From Candidatus Saccharimonadota bacterium (GTDB lineage: Bacteria > Patescibacteriota > Saccharimonadia > Saccharimonadales > CAIOMD01): a stretch of DNA of 64,000 bases. Under the pieces are notes generated by a model, which saw only the letters and a program-made list of their open reading frames with translations, searched no databases and was not told the DNA's origin. Location: assembly GCA_031973215.1 (NCBI GenBank), contig DALYDK010000001.1:38122-102121 (forward strand), written 5' to 3'. The position numbers and the translations under genes are program-made. Of the stretch, positions 63,724 to 64,000 are shown piece by piece; position 1 is the stretch's first letter, and each line of letters opens with the position of its first letter.

Positions 63724-64000
63724 GAAAAAAGGCCCCGGTTGGGGCCTACCTCTTTGTAAGAGGGGTTTAACGGAATGCCGCCACTTCTACCAACTTGGGT
63801 ATAGGTGCTGGACTAAATTGTCCAGTGCTCCCTTGCGGGAAAGGCAACGGCGATTCCGTAAATGGTCAGGGGGGTGTGATCCTTTTGGGATCCTCCCTGG
63901 CTTCCTGTCGCTTTCGCGACTCTTGCACTATAAGCTTCTCCTAGAAGAAGCAGTGCAGTGGGTGGATAGCGACCCATTTTAGCCTACCGGCAAGGGTTTT
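63724..64000 (-). ncRNA. Large structured RNA B (3' ~280 nt; 5' end beyond the window), paralog of RNA A
   Basis: The ~52-nt 3' module including the terminator (63716-63767) is identical to 63179-63230. Upstream blocks are collinear with RNA A, with compensatory substitutions and GNRA-capped hairpins (GTCGC-GAAA-GCGAC, TCCC-GCAA-GGGA). Confidence 0.55.

Noticed and set aside
63237-63982. Plus-strand ORFs (63237..63437, 63256..63543, 63275..63595, 63686..63982) as protein genes.
   Set aside because: There are three mutually overlapping frames in a GC-rich island. They lack RBSs and have Arg/Cys/Pro/Gly-rich translations. The promoter and terminators are oriented for the minus strand, and the region is better explained as structured RNA.
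1-64000. CRISPR arrays, rRNA genes, IS elements, integrases and prophage modules.
   Set aside because: Reading both strands, I saw no regularly spaced direct repeats with unique spacers and no rRNA-like conserved blocks. No transposase, integrase or recombinase motifs appear in any ORF translation.

Overview
This is an AT-rich, tightly packed bacterial chromosomal segment with about 75 protein genes and one intact tRNA. I recognised no rRNA, CRISPR array, transposase or integrase.

Recognisable housekeeping genes:
- rpmA, xseA-xseB, recO and glyQS.
- A compact dcw cluster: mraZ-rsmH-ftsL-ftsI-mraY-ftsW-murG-ftsQ.
- topA-dprA, pth, der, frr, rplY and argH.
- A UmuC-like Y-family polymerase, a PAS histidine kinase with a response regulator, and tRNA-Glu(CUC).

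Between these lie blocks of small uncharacterised proteins. They include two flippase-like membrane proteins, two transglutaminase-like proteins, HExxH proteins, a stand-alone T4SS-coupling-protein-like ATPase and a sigma-region-4/HARE-HTH fusion. The gene repertoire and style suggest a reduced-genome bacterium, possibly CPR/Patescibacteria (Saccharibacteria-like). That taxonomic guess is inference only.

The most unusual content is non-coding. Several visibly GC-richer islands are bounded by sigma70-like promoters and strong intrinsic terminators:
1. A tandem pair of paralogous ~470-nt structured RNAs on the minus strand at 63.19-64.0 kb. They share an identical 3' module and show compensatory helix changes. 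I found no RNase P, tmRNA or SRP signature.
2. A tRNA-Glu locus (50.83-51.34 kb) where two rearranged tRNA-Glu-derived units precede the intact gene.
3. A ~300-nt promoter/terminator-delimited RNA at 43.5-43.8 kb.
4. A hairpin-dense region at 20.3-20.87 kb.

Other notable points:
- Four phased GTGGGTA boxes overlap the mraZ promoter.
- mraZ, rsmH and ftsL have CA-rich leaders with no Shine-Dalgarno sequence.
- A 730-bp AT-rich gap carries Pho-box-like 7+4+7 direct repeats.
- A four-gene minus-strand operon (sigma4/HARE-HTH, T4CP-like ATPase, triple wHTH repeat, transglutaminase-like) has unknown function.

All calls were made by eye from the sequence and the supplied ORF translations. No database search or folding program was run.
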